Assembly: GCA_963677595.1 (NCBI GenBank)
Contig: OY782041.1
Coordinates: 3,520,001-3,584,000 of the forward strand
Direction of reading: 5' to 3'
Source of the DNA: Spirochaetia bacterium
Lineage (GTDB): Bacteria > Spirochaetota > Spirochaetia > CAKZLE01
DNA: 64,000 nt
Part shown: piece after piece, positions 8,923 through 18,421 of the stretch
Layout: each line of letters opens with the position of its first letter
Numbering within the stretch: the first letter of the stretch is position 1
The notes under the pieces: generated by a model
Told to the model about the DNA's origin: nothing
Seen by the model: the letters and a program-made list of their open reading frames with translations, nothing else
Database searches by the model: none
Position numbers and translations under genes: made by a program

Positions 8923-9441
8923 ATGAAGATGGAACTGCGTGAACTCGACGAGGATGGTTTCGAAGACCTGCTGAAAATCTACCGGGAGACGTCCCAATGG
9001 CTGACGAGCAAGGGGTATGCCATGTGGAACCCGATCTATATCGCGGACAGGGGGACTTTCATCGCGAAATACCTCGATCCCCGGTGTTTCGGCCTCTATA
9101 TCGATGATGACCTCGCAGGCGGGTTCATCATCAAGAGCCGGGAGGACTTCTTCTGGAGTGATGACTTGGATAGAAACTGCTGGTATGTCCACAAGCTGGT
9201 CGTGGACCGCAACTACAGCGGTATGGGACTGGCTGACATCATGCTGCAGTGGATCCTTGCCGCGTCGGTGGAGGAGCGCATCGAGAGCGTCCGGCTCGAG
9301 TGCTATGCGGACCGGAAACCCCTCATAGAACTCTACGAGAGGAACGGCTTCGAGCTCAAGGAGGTCGAGACGATGGACGATGGTGTCCACATAGCGCTCT
9401 TGTTCCATGACAACACAGAGGTGATCGATGCGACTGAATGA
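8923..9441 (+). CDS. GNAT family N-acetyltransferase
   Basis: YVHKLVVDRNYSGMGLA (motif A), LYERNGF; start uncertain. Confidence 0.85.
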   Translation: MKMELRELDEDGFEDLLKIYRETSQWLTSKGYAMWNPIYIADRGTFIAKYLDPRCFGLYIDDDLAGGFIIKSREDFFWSDDLDRNCWYVHKLVVDRNYSGMGLADIMLQWILAASVEERIESVRLECYADRKPLIELYERNGFELKEVETMDDGVHIALLFHDNTEVIDATE

Positions 9442-10171
9442 GATCATACTCACCCATTTCAAGGAGAAGGCTGCCTTCTCCATCATAGAGGAGATCCATC
9501 TCGGCCTCGGCTATTCGGTGGTAACCCTGACAGACGGGCGTTGCGGGTTGTGCCATACCTGGATCGATTCGAAGGATAGCTGCACCCTCTTCAAGGAGCA
9601 GGCCGACTTCGAGGGCGGGAGCGCATTAGAGTTGCTGCAGATGATCCACAGCGAGAACCACATCACACGCAGTGCAGTCATCGCCCTGGTCAACGCACTC
9701 AACCAGGGACAAGCTGCCTCCTTCCCCGACGATACCGGGACCCTGTTCGAGGACCTGGGCCTTAGACCAGGCAGTAGGCTTGCCATGGTGGGCTATTTCG
9801 CACCGGTGGTCAGGCGGCTGCAGCAGGCTGGTATCGAAGTGAAGGCCCATGATATCGGGAAGGGGGTAGGCGACCCTGATGAGTTCTACGGCTGGGCACG
9901 GAAGAGGGCAGATGCGATGATCCTTACCGTCACGAGTGTCATCAACAACAGTATCGAAGGAGTGTTCTCCTCGATGGGGTATCAGGAGATCCCGACAGCC
10001 GTCATGGGGCCGTCAACGATCATGGCCCCGGAGCTGTATGACCACCTTCCAGTCACCGTTCTTGCCGGTACGCTCCCCCTCGATACTCCAGGGGTGCTGA
10101 AAGCGATCAGGAACGGGAAGGGGACACCTGAACTGCTCAAGTTCTCAAAGAAGGTCTACTGGAAGCGATGA
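9428..10171 (+). CDS. DUF364/Rossmann-like domain protein
   Basis: ALVNAL, MVGYFAP, TVTSVINNS, MGPST motifs. Confidence 0.75.
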   Translation: MRLNEIILTHFKEKAAFSIIEEIHLGLGYSVVTLTDGRCGLCHTWIDSKDSCTLFKEQADFEGGSALELLQMIHSENHITRSAVIALVNALNQGQAASFPDDTGTLFEDLGLRPGSRLAMVGYFAPVVRRLQQAGIEVKAHDIGKGVGDPDEFYGWARKRADAMILTVTSVINNSIEGVFSSMGYQEIPTAVMGPSTIMAPELYDHLPVTVLAGTLPLDTPGVLKAIRNGKGTPELLKFSKKVYWKR

Positions 10172-10899
10172 TCATCGATGCCCATGTCCATGTAGAACTG
10201 TATGCCGACAAGGAAGATGCGATTCGGAGGATCGAGGCCCATGCCATCGAGACCTTCGCCGTCTCGATGGATCCTGCTTCCTACCGTGAGATCCAGGGAT
10301 TGGCAGGCAGGTGCGACCTGATCATCCCCTCTTTCGGGATCCATCCCTGGCATGCCCACCGCTATCGTGACAGGCTCGATGAGCTGGATGAGTACTGCCG
10401 GAGCGCCCCCATGCTCGGGGAAGTGGGGCTGGACTACTGCTGGGCAGAGAAGGAACATTTCCCTTCGCAGAAGCCGGTCTTCGCATACTTCTGCAGGGAG
10501 GCATCGCGTTCCGGGAAGCTTCTGAACATACACACCAAGGATGCCGAGGAGGAGGTGCTCGGCATCCTGAAGGAACACAACGTACCGCGGGCCCTCATCC
10601 ACTGGTATGCCGGACCCCATTCCCTGGTTCCTGCATACCTTGATCTTGGGTGCTATTTCACCCTGAGCGTGAGCATCCTGGGTGACCGGTATGGCTCTGA
10701 TCTCACAAAGATCATACCCCCGGACCGGGTCCTCCTTGAGACGGATAATCCCGGGGGCTATGACTGGCTCTACGGCAGGCAGGGACGCCCGGAAGATATC
10801 CTGGCGGTGTATGAGAAGGCAGCGGAGCTCTACACTATGCCGACTGATGAGTTTAGGGCACAGGTTGCCGAAAACCGGGACAGGCTGCTCACATCATAA
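10168..10899 (+). CDS. TatD family hydrolase
   Basis: DAHVH, GIHPW, GEVGLDY, IH, HW, LLETD. Confidence 0.9.
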   Translation: MIIDAHVHVELYADKEDAIRRIEAHAIETFAVSMDPASYREIQGLAGRCDLIIPSFGIHPWHAHRYRDRLDELDEYCRSAPMLGEVGLDYCWAEKEHFPSQKPVFAYFCREASRSGKLLNIHTKDAEEEVLGILKEHNVPRALIHWYAGPHSLVPAYLDLGCYFTLSVSILGDRYGSDLTKIIPPDRVLLETDNPGGYDWLYGRQGRPEDILAVYEKAAELYTMPTDEFRAQVAENRDRLLTS

Positions 10900-10912
10900 A
10901 AGGAGTCTTTGC

Positions 10913-11848
10913 ATGGTATCTATTGAACGGGCGTATACGTACCTGGAGCGTCACAGCGAACCGCTGTACGCCTCCTATTTCTCTTGCAGGTTCCTAGGAG
11001 GGGACCGTGGTTCATTCCTCAATCTGCTTGCCTCCTGCCAGAATCCCGACGGGGGGTTCGGTCACGGGCTCAAGCCCGATTTCTGCCTCCCTGCTTCGTC
11101 CCCGATTGCAGTGACCAAGGCATTCCAGATGACTGAAGCCTTATCACTCCAGCCGCAGGAGATGACTTCCGGGGCTGTCGCCTACCTCGAGGACTGCTTC
11201 CTCCCTGAACGCCCAGGCTGGAAGACCGTGGGCAAGGGGGTGAACGACCACCCCCATGCACCCTGGTGGGAGTATAGGGAAGACTTCGACGGCACGGTAA
11301 TCGACCGGAGCTGGGGCAACCCGACAGCGGAACTCCTGGGGTACCTGCATGCAAACAAACAGTTTGTTCACAGACTTGATGTAGATGCACTCACCGAACA
11401 TGCGGTTGACCGGCTTGTTGCCTCCCCTGACATGGCCTCGGAACATGAGGCGTTCTGCTTCATCAGCCTCTACGACCATGCGGAGGAAGAGCAGCGGAAG
11501 AGGATGCGCCCGGTCCTGCTCGATATCATCAGGCGTCAGGTGACCCTCGACCCCTTAACATGGGGAGACTACGTTCCCCGACCACTCGATTTCATCAGCA
11601 GCCCTGACCATGACCTCTTCAGTGCCGTGGAGGAGGGTGCGCAGGCGCACCTGGACTACATCGTCAGGACTGCTGACGAGCACGGGCTCTGGGAACCGAA
11701 CTGGTCCTGGGGGCAGGGGCAGTACGAGAAGCAGTGGGTTCAGGCGAAAGAGAACTGGAAGGCGCTGCTTGCCGTGAAGTTCTACACGATCCTTGAGCAT
11801 TTTGAGTATATGGGAGGTGACAGAGATGAACATAGGGACCATCATTGA
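10913..11848 (+). CDS. Hypothetical protein with prenyltransferase/squalene-cyclase-like repeat
   Basis: QNPDGGFGHG motif and HAPWW; AGGAG RBS. Confidence 0.65.
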   Translation: MVSIERAYTYLERHSEPLYASYFSCRFLGGDRGSFLNLLASCQNPDGGFGHGLKPDFCLPASSPIAVTKAFQMTEALSLQPQEMTSGAVAYLEDCFLPERPGWKTVGKGVNDHPHAPWWEYREDFDGTVIDRSWGNPTAELLGYLHANKQFVHRLDVDALTEHAVDRLVASPDMASEHEAFCFISLYDHAEEEQRKRMRPVLLDIIRRQVTLDPLTWGDYVPRPLDFISSPDHDLFSAVEEGAQAHLDYIVRTADEHGLWEPNWSWGQGQYEKQWVQAKENWKALLAVKFYTILEHFEYMGGDRDEHRDHH

Positions 11849-12059
11849 GGATCACGGGACACAGGCTGTTCTCTTGCCGGCTGACACCCGGTTCCCGGAC
11901 CATGTGAAGCAGGTAAACGTTCGTGTAGTGGGGAATGCACGGGCACTCGAACCCCTGCACAGCACATGGGATAGTTTCTTCCATCCAACAGACGCAGGTG
12001 TCACCGATGACTTCATGGAAGACCGGGAACCTGAATCACATCTCAGTTCCGGTTCATGA
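11826..12059 (+). CDS. VapB/VagC-like antitoxin (orphan)
   Basis: TQAVLLP...VKQVNVRVVGNAR...TWDSFF...DDFMEDRE resembles enteric VapB; no PIN toxin follows. Confidence 0.7.
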   Translation: MNIGTIIEDHGTQAVLLPADTRFPDHVKQVNVRVVGNARALEPLHSTWDSFFHPTDAGVTDDFMEDREPESHLSSGS

Positions 12060-12894
12060 TGAAGGCGAACTGGGACGCGAGCTTCAATGACTCGTTCGGG
12101 ACATGGAGCTTGAAGAGGGTCCTCTTCCCCCGCAAGATCCTCAGGTCACCAGTCGTCCCGCGGTCCTCGCAGGCGAACCTGAGTGTCTCATCCCCTTCGA
12201 TGTAGTTCATCTGCAGCCCGTAGTCGTCCGGGTTCTTCGAGATGTGGGCCTCCTCGTTGAGGAGGATGATCTCATGCTCTGTCTTCACGATCAGGTAGGG
12301 CGTGTAATAGTGCCGCGACTGGAAGTGGGACCTGATCCCTGTCTGCTCCGAACTCTTCTGGTAGTAGATGAGCTCCTTTCCGTGCCCGTCCGGCAGGATG
12401 GCAGAGAGGTAGTTGTACATCTTCAGGTTCTTGTGGAAGAGCATCTCCCTGATGGACCCTTCACCTTCGAGCAGGGTCTTGGTAAGCCCGTCATCGATGG
12501 TGAACTCAGGTGAGTGGTCCCTGATGTACTCACGGTAGGCCTTCACGAAGGGCAGAAGGTAGGAGTCCCTGGTCAGGTTGTACTCGACCCGGTAGTTCCT
12601 GTCGGCTGTCATGAGCATGAACTTCCCGAGCAGCAGGACGTTCAGGTGCCTGCAGGCGATGATATCCCCGAAGGGGATGACCATCCTCCTGGTCTTGTCC
12701 GCATAGAGGAACCCCCCATCGGTCAGTGCCATGATAACGCTTCGCCGTTTGAAGAGACTGAACTGCTGGGAGGGGAAGAACACCAGGTGCCGGTAGTTCA
12801 GTCCTGTCAATGCATCATCGACCCAGGATTCCGGAGACCGTTCGGTTTTTGTCAGCAGTAACGGCCAACCTGCCATCGTATCAACTGATCCCAT
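12043..12894 (-). CDS. Hypothetical protein
   Basis: Long ORF with GAGGAGG RBS before ATG 12894; no recognised motif. Confidence 0.65.
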   Translation of the reverse strand: MGSVDTMAGWPLLLTKTERSPESWVDDALTGLNYRHLVFFPSQQFSLFKRRSVIMALTDGGFLYADKTRRMVIPFGDIIACRHLNVLLLGKFMLMTADRNYRVEYNLTRDSYLLPFVKAYREYIRDHSPEFTIDDGLTKTLLEGEGSIREMLFHKNLKMYNYLSAILPDGHGKELIYYQKSSEQTGIRSHFQSRHYYTPYLIVKTEHEIILLNEEAHISKNPDDYGLQMNYIEGDETLRFACEDRGTTGDLRILRGKRTLFKLHVPNESLKLASQFAFIMNRN

Positions 12895-13079
12895 GATAGA
12901 TCCTCCTCGTTTGATACTGGTTACGTACTGGTTCACATGTGTCTGTCTCTACCTGTATTATACCACCGGGCTGGTGAGCTTTACAGGGTTGGGACACGAT
13001 TTAATGGCGGGAGCCAGTGTCCTCTGTAGTCAAGGATTGTTGAATTTGGAACCTGAGAAGATTTGTTTGAGATACCTGC

Positions 13080-13125
13080 TTGACAAAACTAGGTTTCATG
13101 GTAAAATTACGTAAACGCTTACGTA
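13080..13125 (+). promoter_or_regulatory. Sigma70 promoter plus LacI-type operator
   Basis: TTGACA (13080) ... TAAAAT (13102), followed by TACGTAAACGCTTACGTA. Confidence 0.75.
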
Positions 13126-13153
13126 TCGTTTGAGAAGAACAGTTGGAGCAGGA

Positions 13154-14149
13154 ATGGCAATTAATATATCGGATGTGGCAAAACATGCAGGTGTCTCTAT
13201 AGCGACGGTCTCGCGTATCATAAACAACCTGCCGGGATACTCCGATAAAACCAGGGTCAAGGTGGAGAAGGCGATAGCCGAACTCGGGTACAAACCCAAC
13301 GCCATGGCTCGCGGGCTGGTGAGCAACAAGACAAATACCATCGGGGTCCTCCTTCCCTGTGTCACCGGGAGGTTCTCCTCCGAACTGCTGCGCGGTATCG
13401 AGAAGATAGCCCATGCAAAAGGCTACAGTGTCATTATCTGCAATACCGATGCAAACGGTGAGCGGACTATGTCCTACCTGCGTACATTGAGCGAGAAGCG
13501 TGTGGAAGGTATCCTGTTTATCAGCGAGTGGGTAACCGAAGAGTACGGTGAGTACCTGTCAGGACTCGATATCCCCGTTGTACTGGTTGCTACCCATTCA
13601 CCGAAATATGGGTTCCCGACCGTCAGGGTCGATGATTTTGCTGCAGCCTACACCGCGACAAGTTATCTGATAAGCTGCGGGCATACGCGTATCGGGATGA
13701 TCTCAGGATCGGAACACGATCGGATCGCAGGTGCCCCGCGTATCGAAGGCTACAAGAAAGCCCTCATGGATGCGGGAATCGACGTGGCCCCATCGTATAT
13801 AGCCTACGGTGATTTCCATTTTGAGAGCGGGATAGCTGCCATGGCGGTCCTGGATGCACGGGGATTGGGACTGACTGCCGTCTTTGCGGCTTCTGATGAG
13901 ATGGCTTCCGGGGCCATTACCTACCTGCACCGGTCAGGACGGCAGCTGCCTGATGACCTGTCAGTCATCGGCTATGACGATACCCTGGATGCCGTCATGT
14001 GCTATCCGTCCCTGACGACGCTGCACCAGCCGATCGAGGAGATGGGGGAATGTGCCATGGACCTGATCTGCAGGGGGATCACCGGAAGGCAGGATATGGT
14101 CCTGGACCATTATATGGTTGAGCGTGACTCCGTGAGGATCATCAAGTAG
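13154..14149 (+). CDS. LacI family transcriptional regulator
   Basis: ISDVAKHAGVSIATVSR HTH, YKPNAMARGL, SVIGYDD. Confidence 0.95.
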   Translation: MAINISDVAKHAGVSIATVSRIINNLPGYSDKTRVKVEKAIAELGYKPNAMARGLVSNKTNTIGVLLPCVTGRFSSELLRGIEKIAHAKGYSVIICNTDANGERTMSYLRTLSEKRVEGILFISEWVTEEYGEYLSGLDIPVVLVATHSPKYGFPTVRVDDFAAAYTATSYLISCGHTRIGMISGSEHDRIAGAPRIEGYKKALMDAGIDVAPSYIAYGDFHFESGIAAMAVLDARGLGLTAVFAASDEMASGAITYLHRSGRQLPDDLSVIGYDDTLDAVMCYPSLTTLHQPIEEMGECAMDLICRGITGRQDMVLDHYMVERDSVRIIK

Positions 14150-14183
14150 CCTTTGAACGAAAAACTGTGTTTTTTTACCGTGC

Positions 14184-14212
14184 TACGTAAGCGTTTACGG
14201 TAAACGCTTACG
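14184..14212. promoter_or_regulatory. Two adjacent LacI-type operators
   Basis: CGTAAGCGTTTAC-G-GTAAACGCTTACG; same core as the site at 13108. Confidence 0.75.
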
Positions 14213-14237
14213 CAATAGAGGGAATTATGACAAGGAG

Positions 14238-15362
14238 ATGAATGTGAATAGTAACGATACGATTGACCAGCTGAGGGATGTGAGCCGTGAACTGATCATG
14301 GGAAACCAGGATGAGTCGGGAGCCTATGTGGCCAGTCCGTCATTCTCACAGTACGGGTACTCCTGGATGCGGGATGGGGCCTATATAGCCTACAGCATGC
14401 TGGTATCGGGAAATCGGCAATCGACACAACGATACATCAGCTGGGTGGCTGAGGTCATCCAGCGGTACCGAGAAAAAGTTGATCGGCTGCCGGACCTGCT
14501 CGCATCAGGCAAGCCGATTGAGAACAACTGGTTCTACAGTGCCCGGTATACCATTGCCGGGGAGGAGGACACCAGTGACTGGCCGAATTTCCAGATTGAC
14601 GGCTACGGCTCCTGGCTGTGGCTGGTCGCTGAGTACCTGGGGCAATGCAGGGAAACGCTCCCGGCATCATGGGCTTCCAGCGCCGCGGTGGTGATCCGGT
14701 ATCTGGGGATCGTCTGGAAACTCCCGAACAGCGACTGCTGGGAGGAGTTCCCCGAGCACATCCACCCCGCAACCCTTGCCTGCCTGGCAGGAGGGCTGAA
14801 AGCGATCTCGAAGTATGTCGAACGTGAAGAGGCATCCAGCTGTATGGAACTCTCGGGAGAGATTACCGGCTACCTGCGGGCCCATGTCCATCCTGACGGG
14901 TTCTTCCCGAAGTATATCGGGTCAGGAACCATTGATGCGAGCCTGCTCTGGCTGAGCGTCCCCTATAATGTGATCCCGGCGGACGACCCGGCTATGAGAC
15001 GGACAATTGAGAGAATAGAGAATGAGATAACGATAGAAGGAGGTGTGAAGCGGTATCCTCAGGACACCTACTATGGGGGCGGGCGATGGATCATCCTGTC
15101 AGCCTTCCTCGGTATGTACTACCTGAGGATTGGAGAAGGGGACCGGGCTGCAGAACAGATGGCCTGGATCCTTGAGCAGGCTGAAGCTGACGGGCATCTG
15201 CCGGAACAGGTGCTGGACCACGTGAATGACCCGTCCATGATCGAACCTTGGGAGTCCAGATGGGGGCGTGTCGCCACCCCGCTCATCTGGTCGCATGCAA
15301 TGTTTCTGATACTCGATGCGGAGTTATCAGTATATAATCAAAAAGGAGACAAGAATGAGTAG
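14238..15362 (+). CDS. GH15 glucoamylase-like glycoside hydrolase
   Basis: YSWMRDG, QIDGYG, DCWEE, LPEQ, PLIWSHA. Confidence 0.9.
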   Translation: MNVNSNDTIDQLRDVSRELIMGNQDESGAYVASPSFSQYGYSWMRDGAYIAYSMLVSGNRQSTQRYISWVAEVIQRYREKVDRLPDLLASGKPIENNWFYSARYTIAGEEDTSDWPNFQIDGYGSWLWLVAEYLGQCRETLPASWASSAAVVIRYLGIVWKLPNSDCWEEFPEHIHPATLACLAGGLKAISKYVEREEASSCMELSGEITGYLRAHVHPDGFFPKYIGSGTIDASLLWLSVPYNVIPADDPAMRRTIERIENEITIEGGVKRYPQDTYYGGGRWIILSAFLGMYYLRIGEGDRAAEQMAWILEQAEADGHLPEQVLDHVNDPSMIEPWESRWGRVATPLIWSHAMFLILDAELSVYNQKGDKNE

Positions 15363-16623
15363 GAAAAGCAGAATGAGTATGATGACGGCAGCAGTAATGC
15401 TGCTGCTGGCTGTCAGCTTGCCGCTGACGGCACAGGGAGCCGTGGAGAGGAAGACGACTATCGATTACTTCTCAGGCAGGGTCGAGACCGTCGACTGGAC
15501 CGATGAGAAGATTGCGGATTTCGAGGCCCTGTATCCCGACATCGTCGTGGAGCACGAGTTTCAGAAGGACGCTTCCAATGTAATCAAAGTGAAGCTGGCC
15601 TCGAATGAGATTCCCGATCTCACCACCGTCGTGACCCAGGATTTCATCGACCAGGGAATCTTTGCTGACATCTCAGACGCACCGTTCTGGGACAGGATCC
15701 TCCCGTCGGTGAAGGACCTCTGTACTGACCTGAAGACCGGGAAGCAGTATAAGGTAGCTACTAACGTGACCATGGGCGGGTTGTTCTACAACAAGGATGT
15801 GTTCGCCGAACTCGGGCTCTCTGATGCACAGACCTGGGATGGATTTGTCGCCAACCTGGAGACGATAAAGAAAGCCTATCCCGACAAGACCCCGCTGTTC
15901 TTCGGCGGGAAGGATTCATGGACCCTCGGCCATCTCATCGAGTTCTGGGCCCACGGGATCATGAAGCAGGAACTCGGCATTCCCGGCTCCCGTCAGGCAT
16001 TCCTTGACAATACGGTGGACTGGGATGCTCCCGGGGGGATCATGGAGAGTTTTGCCTCGGCACTGATGGAACTGGAAGAGAAAGGCCTGATTAACGATGA
16101 TGCCGTCACTGCCAGTTATGACAACCAGAAGGAGGCCTTTGCAAGCGGCGAGGCAGTCATGATCAACCAGGGCATGTGGGTTGTCGGCGATATCATCAAG
16201 CTGAATCCGGACATGGCCGACAACATCGGGTTCGGTCCTTTCCCCGCAGTGGTGGACGGATACAAACCGATGGTCCTCTGTGCAGAAGACTCGGTCTATG
16301 CTGTCTCGGCAACTACCGAGGATATGGACGCAGTCATGACCTTCCTTGACTACATGTTCAGCCCAGAGGTCCAGCAGGAGTACTGCGAAGTCCGGTCAAT
16401 GCCTTCAGCATTTACCGATGTCACCGCGGACTGGTCTCCCATCAAGGATGACGCGAAACGGCTGGTGGAGCGGTATGTGAACATCAACTTCTCTACTGAG
16501 GCGCCTTCGGGACTGTCTGTCGATGATACCGGCCGCCTGATCCAGAAACTGCTTAACGGCGACTATGATTCTGCAAGGGAATTCGCTGCTAACTACCAAG
16601 AACTCTGGAACGAGGCTTATTAA
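15355..16623 (+). CDS. Carbohydrate ABC transporter substrate-binding protein
   Basis: Signal peptide, LFYNKDVF, FASGEAVM. Confidence 0.9.
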   Translation: MSRKSRMSMMTAAVMLLLAVSLPLTAQGAVERKTTIDYFSGRVETVDWTDEKIADFEALYPDIVVEHEFQKDASNVIKVKLASNEIPDLTTVVTQDFIDQGIFADISDAPFWDRILPSVKDLCTDLKTGKQYKVATNVTMGGLFYNKDVFAELGLSDAQTWDGFVANLETIKKAYPDKTPLFFGGKDSWTLGHLIEFWAHGIMKQELGIPGSRQAFLDNTVDWDAPGGIMESFASALMELEEKGLINDDAVTASYDNQKEAFASGEAVMINQGMWVVGDIIKLNPDMADNIGFGPFPAVVDGYKPMVLCAEDSVYAVSATTEDMDAVMTFLDYMFSPEVQQEYCEVRSMPSAFTDVTADWSPIKDDAKRLVERYVNINFSTEAPSGLSVDDTGRLIQKLLNGDYDSAREFAANYQELWNEAY

Positions 16624-16700
16624 TGCAGTGCTGCCATACCGGCCCACAAACCGGTATGGTACACTGAAGTCAACAGAATATGAGATCGAATGGAGTGTGT

Positions 16701-17567
16701 ATGAAGATCAACAGCACAGCATGGCATAACTATATGGCACTACCTGCCTTTACCCTCTTCGGGCTGTTCTTCCTGTTCCCGCTTGTGCAGGGTCTGGGAT
16801 TGAGCTTCACGGAATGGGACGGGTTCTCCGCCCCTGAATTTATCGGATTGCGGAATTTCATCTCGTTCTTCACTGATGAACGGGCCCTGCGTGATGTCTG
16901 GAATACCATATTGTTCGCCCTCGGGAGCGCCCCGCTGCTGAACATCACCGGGTTGTCCCTTGCCCTCTTGCTCAACAGAAGATTCACCGGCAGGAACACG
17001 ACACGGGCGCTGCTCTACCTCCCGGCAGTGATCAGCCCCATGATCATGGGCTCGATCTGGTACCTGCTCCTGCAGCCCAAGCGGGGATTGGTCGCAGTGC
17101 TGGCTGGGCGGGTCGGGTTCGAGCTGTCCGGGAACTGGATGACCGGAGGGAACACTGCATTGCTGGTCATCGTCCTGGTAAACGTCTGGCAGTACGCGGG
17201 GATGACCATGATCATCTACTTAGCCGGCCTGCAGTCCATACCGGTTGAGCACTATGAGGCCAGCAGCGTGGAAGGTGCCACGGCTGGGCAGACCTTCCGG
17301 TACATTGTGTTCCCGCAGCTGCTGCCCTCCCTGAAGATCAATGTGATCACGAACATCATCGGGAGCCTCTCGGTATTCGATGTCATCCTGGCCCTCACCG
17401 ACGGGGGGCCCGGCTACGATACGGAATCTCTGAGTATCTATATCATGAGGATGTGCTACGGGAACAAGACTGGATACTCCACTGCTGTGGCCATCATCCT
17501 GTTCGCCATCATCCTGGTTCCCGTACTGGGATCCCTCCGGTTCTTCAACCGACTGGAGAACGCATGA
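16701..17567 (+). CDS. Carbohydrate ABC transporter permease
   Basis: LAGLQSIP...YEASSVEGA (EAA loop). Confidence 0.92.
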   Translation: MKINSTAWHNYMALPAFTLFGLFFLFPLVQGLGLSFTEWDGFSAPEFIGLRNFISFFTDERALRDVWNTILFALGSAPLLNITGLSLALLLNRRFTGRNTTRALLYLPAVISPMIMGSIWYLLLQPKRGLVAVLAGRVGFELSGNWMTGGNTALLVIVLVNVWQYAGMTMIIYLAGLQSIPVEHYEASSVEGATAGQTFRYIVFPQLLPSLKINVITNIIGSLSVFDVILALTDGGPGYDTESLSIYIMRMCYGNKTGYSTAVAIILFAIILVPVLGSLRFFNRLENA

Positions 17568-18418
17568 GTACGGCAGCATTACACACCAGGCCGCAGGGAA
17601 CTGGGGTGCACCTTCCCTGGTACCTGCGTGCAGCAGTCATCATCACTGCGCTCCTCGCCGCGGTCCCGTTCTACCTCCTGATCCTTCTGGCCCTCAAGCA
17701 GCCGGAAGGGGGGCTTGCCAGCATAACGCTCATTCCCGACATGCAGCTGAGCAACCTGGCTGAGGCATGGCGGAAGTCGGATCTCGGCCGGGCTATGGTC
17801 AACACGATCATCATGACCGTTGGCGGGGTGGGGCTGCTGATTGTCCTTGCCTCGATGGCCGGCTATGCGATAGCCCGGGTCAGGAGCAGGCTGAACAGGC
17901 TGATCTTCGGGATCCTGCTCCTGTGCATGATGATCCCCGGGATCATCAACACCGTCCCCCTCTACATGCTGCTGATCAGGCTGCACGGGGTAAATACCTA
18001 CTGGTCCATGATCTGTGTCATGGCAACGAATTCTATGCCCTTCTCGGTATTCCTCTACAGCTCCTTCATCCGGGCAATCCCGACTTCCTTGGAGGAATCG
18101 GCGGTCATGGACGGCTGCTCATACTTCGAGGCTTTCTGGAAGATCACCTTCCCGCTCATGGGGCCGGTCACCGCTTCAGTTGTCATCCTCCAGGGGCTCG
18201 GGATGTGGAACAACTATGCCCAGGCGGTCTTTTTCCTCCAGGATAAAGCCCACCGGAACATACCGCTGGCAGTCTCCCTCTTCTTCCAGCAGTATGGGGC
18301 GGACTGGCCGCTCATGGCAGCAGCCGCCCTGATCGGGCTGGTCCCTGCCGTGGCCATGTTCCTGCTCTTCCAGCGCTATTTCGTTGAGGGGATCACGACC
18401 GGGGCCATAAAGGGGTAA
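17564..18418 (+). CDS. Carbohydrate ABC transporter permease
   Basis: IPTSLEESAVMDG, C-terminal QRYFVEGITTGAIKG. Confidence 0.92.
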   Translation: MSTAALHTRPQGTGVHLPWYLRAAVIITALLAAVPFYLLILLALKQPEGGLASITLIPDMQLSNLAEAWRKSDLGRAMVNTIIMTVGGVGLLIVLASMAGYAIARVRSRLNRLIFGILLLCMMIPGIINTVPLYMLLIRLHGVNTYWSMICVMATNSMPFSVFLYSSFIRAIPTSLEESAVMDGCSYFEAFWKITFPLMGPVTASVVILQGLGMWNNYAQAVFFLQDKAHRNIPLAVSLFFQQYGADWPLMAAAALIGLVPAVAMFLLFQRYFVEGITTGAIKG

Positions 18419-18421
18419 GCC

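Noticed and set aside
8797-9486. 229-aa minus-strand ORF
   Set aside because: Antisense to the GNAT gene.
12027-12035. GGAACCTGA, a third copy of the glucan-locus flank motif
   Set aside because: Only 9 bp and inside coding sequence; compatible with chance.
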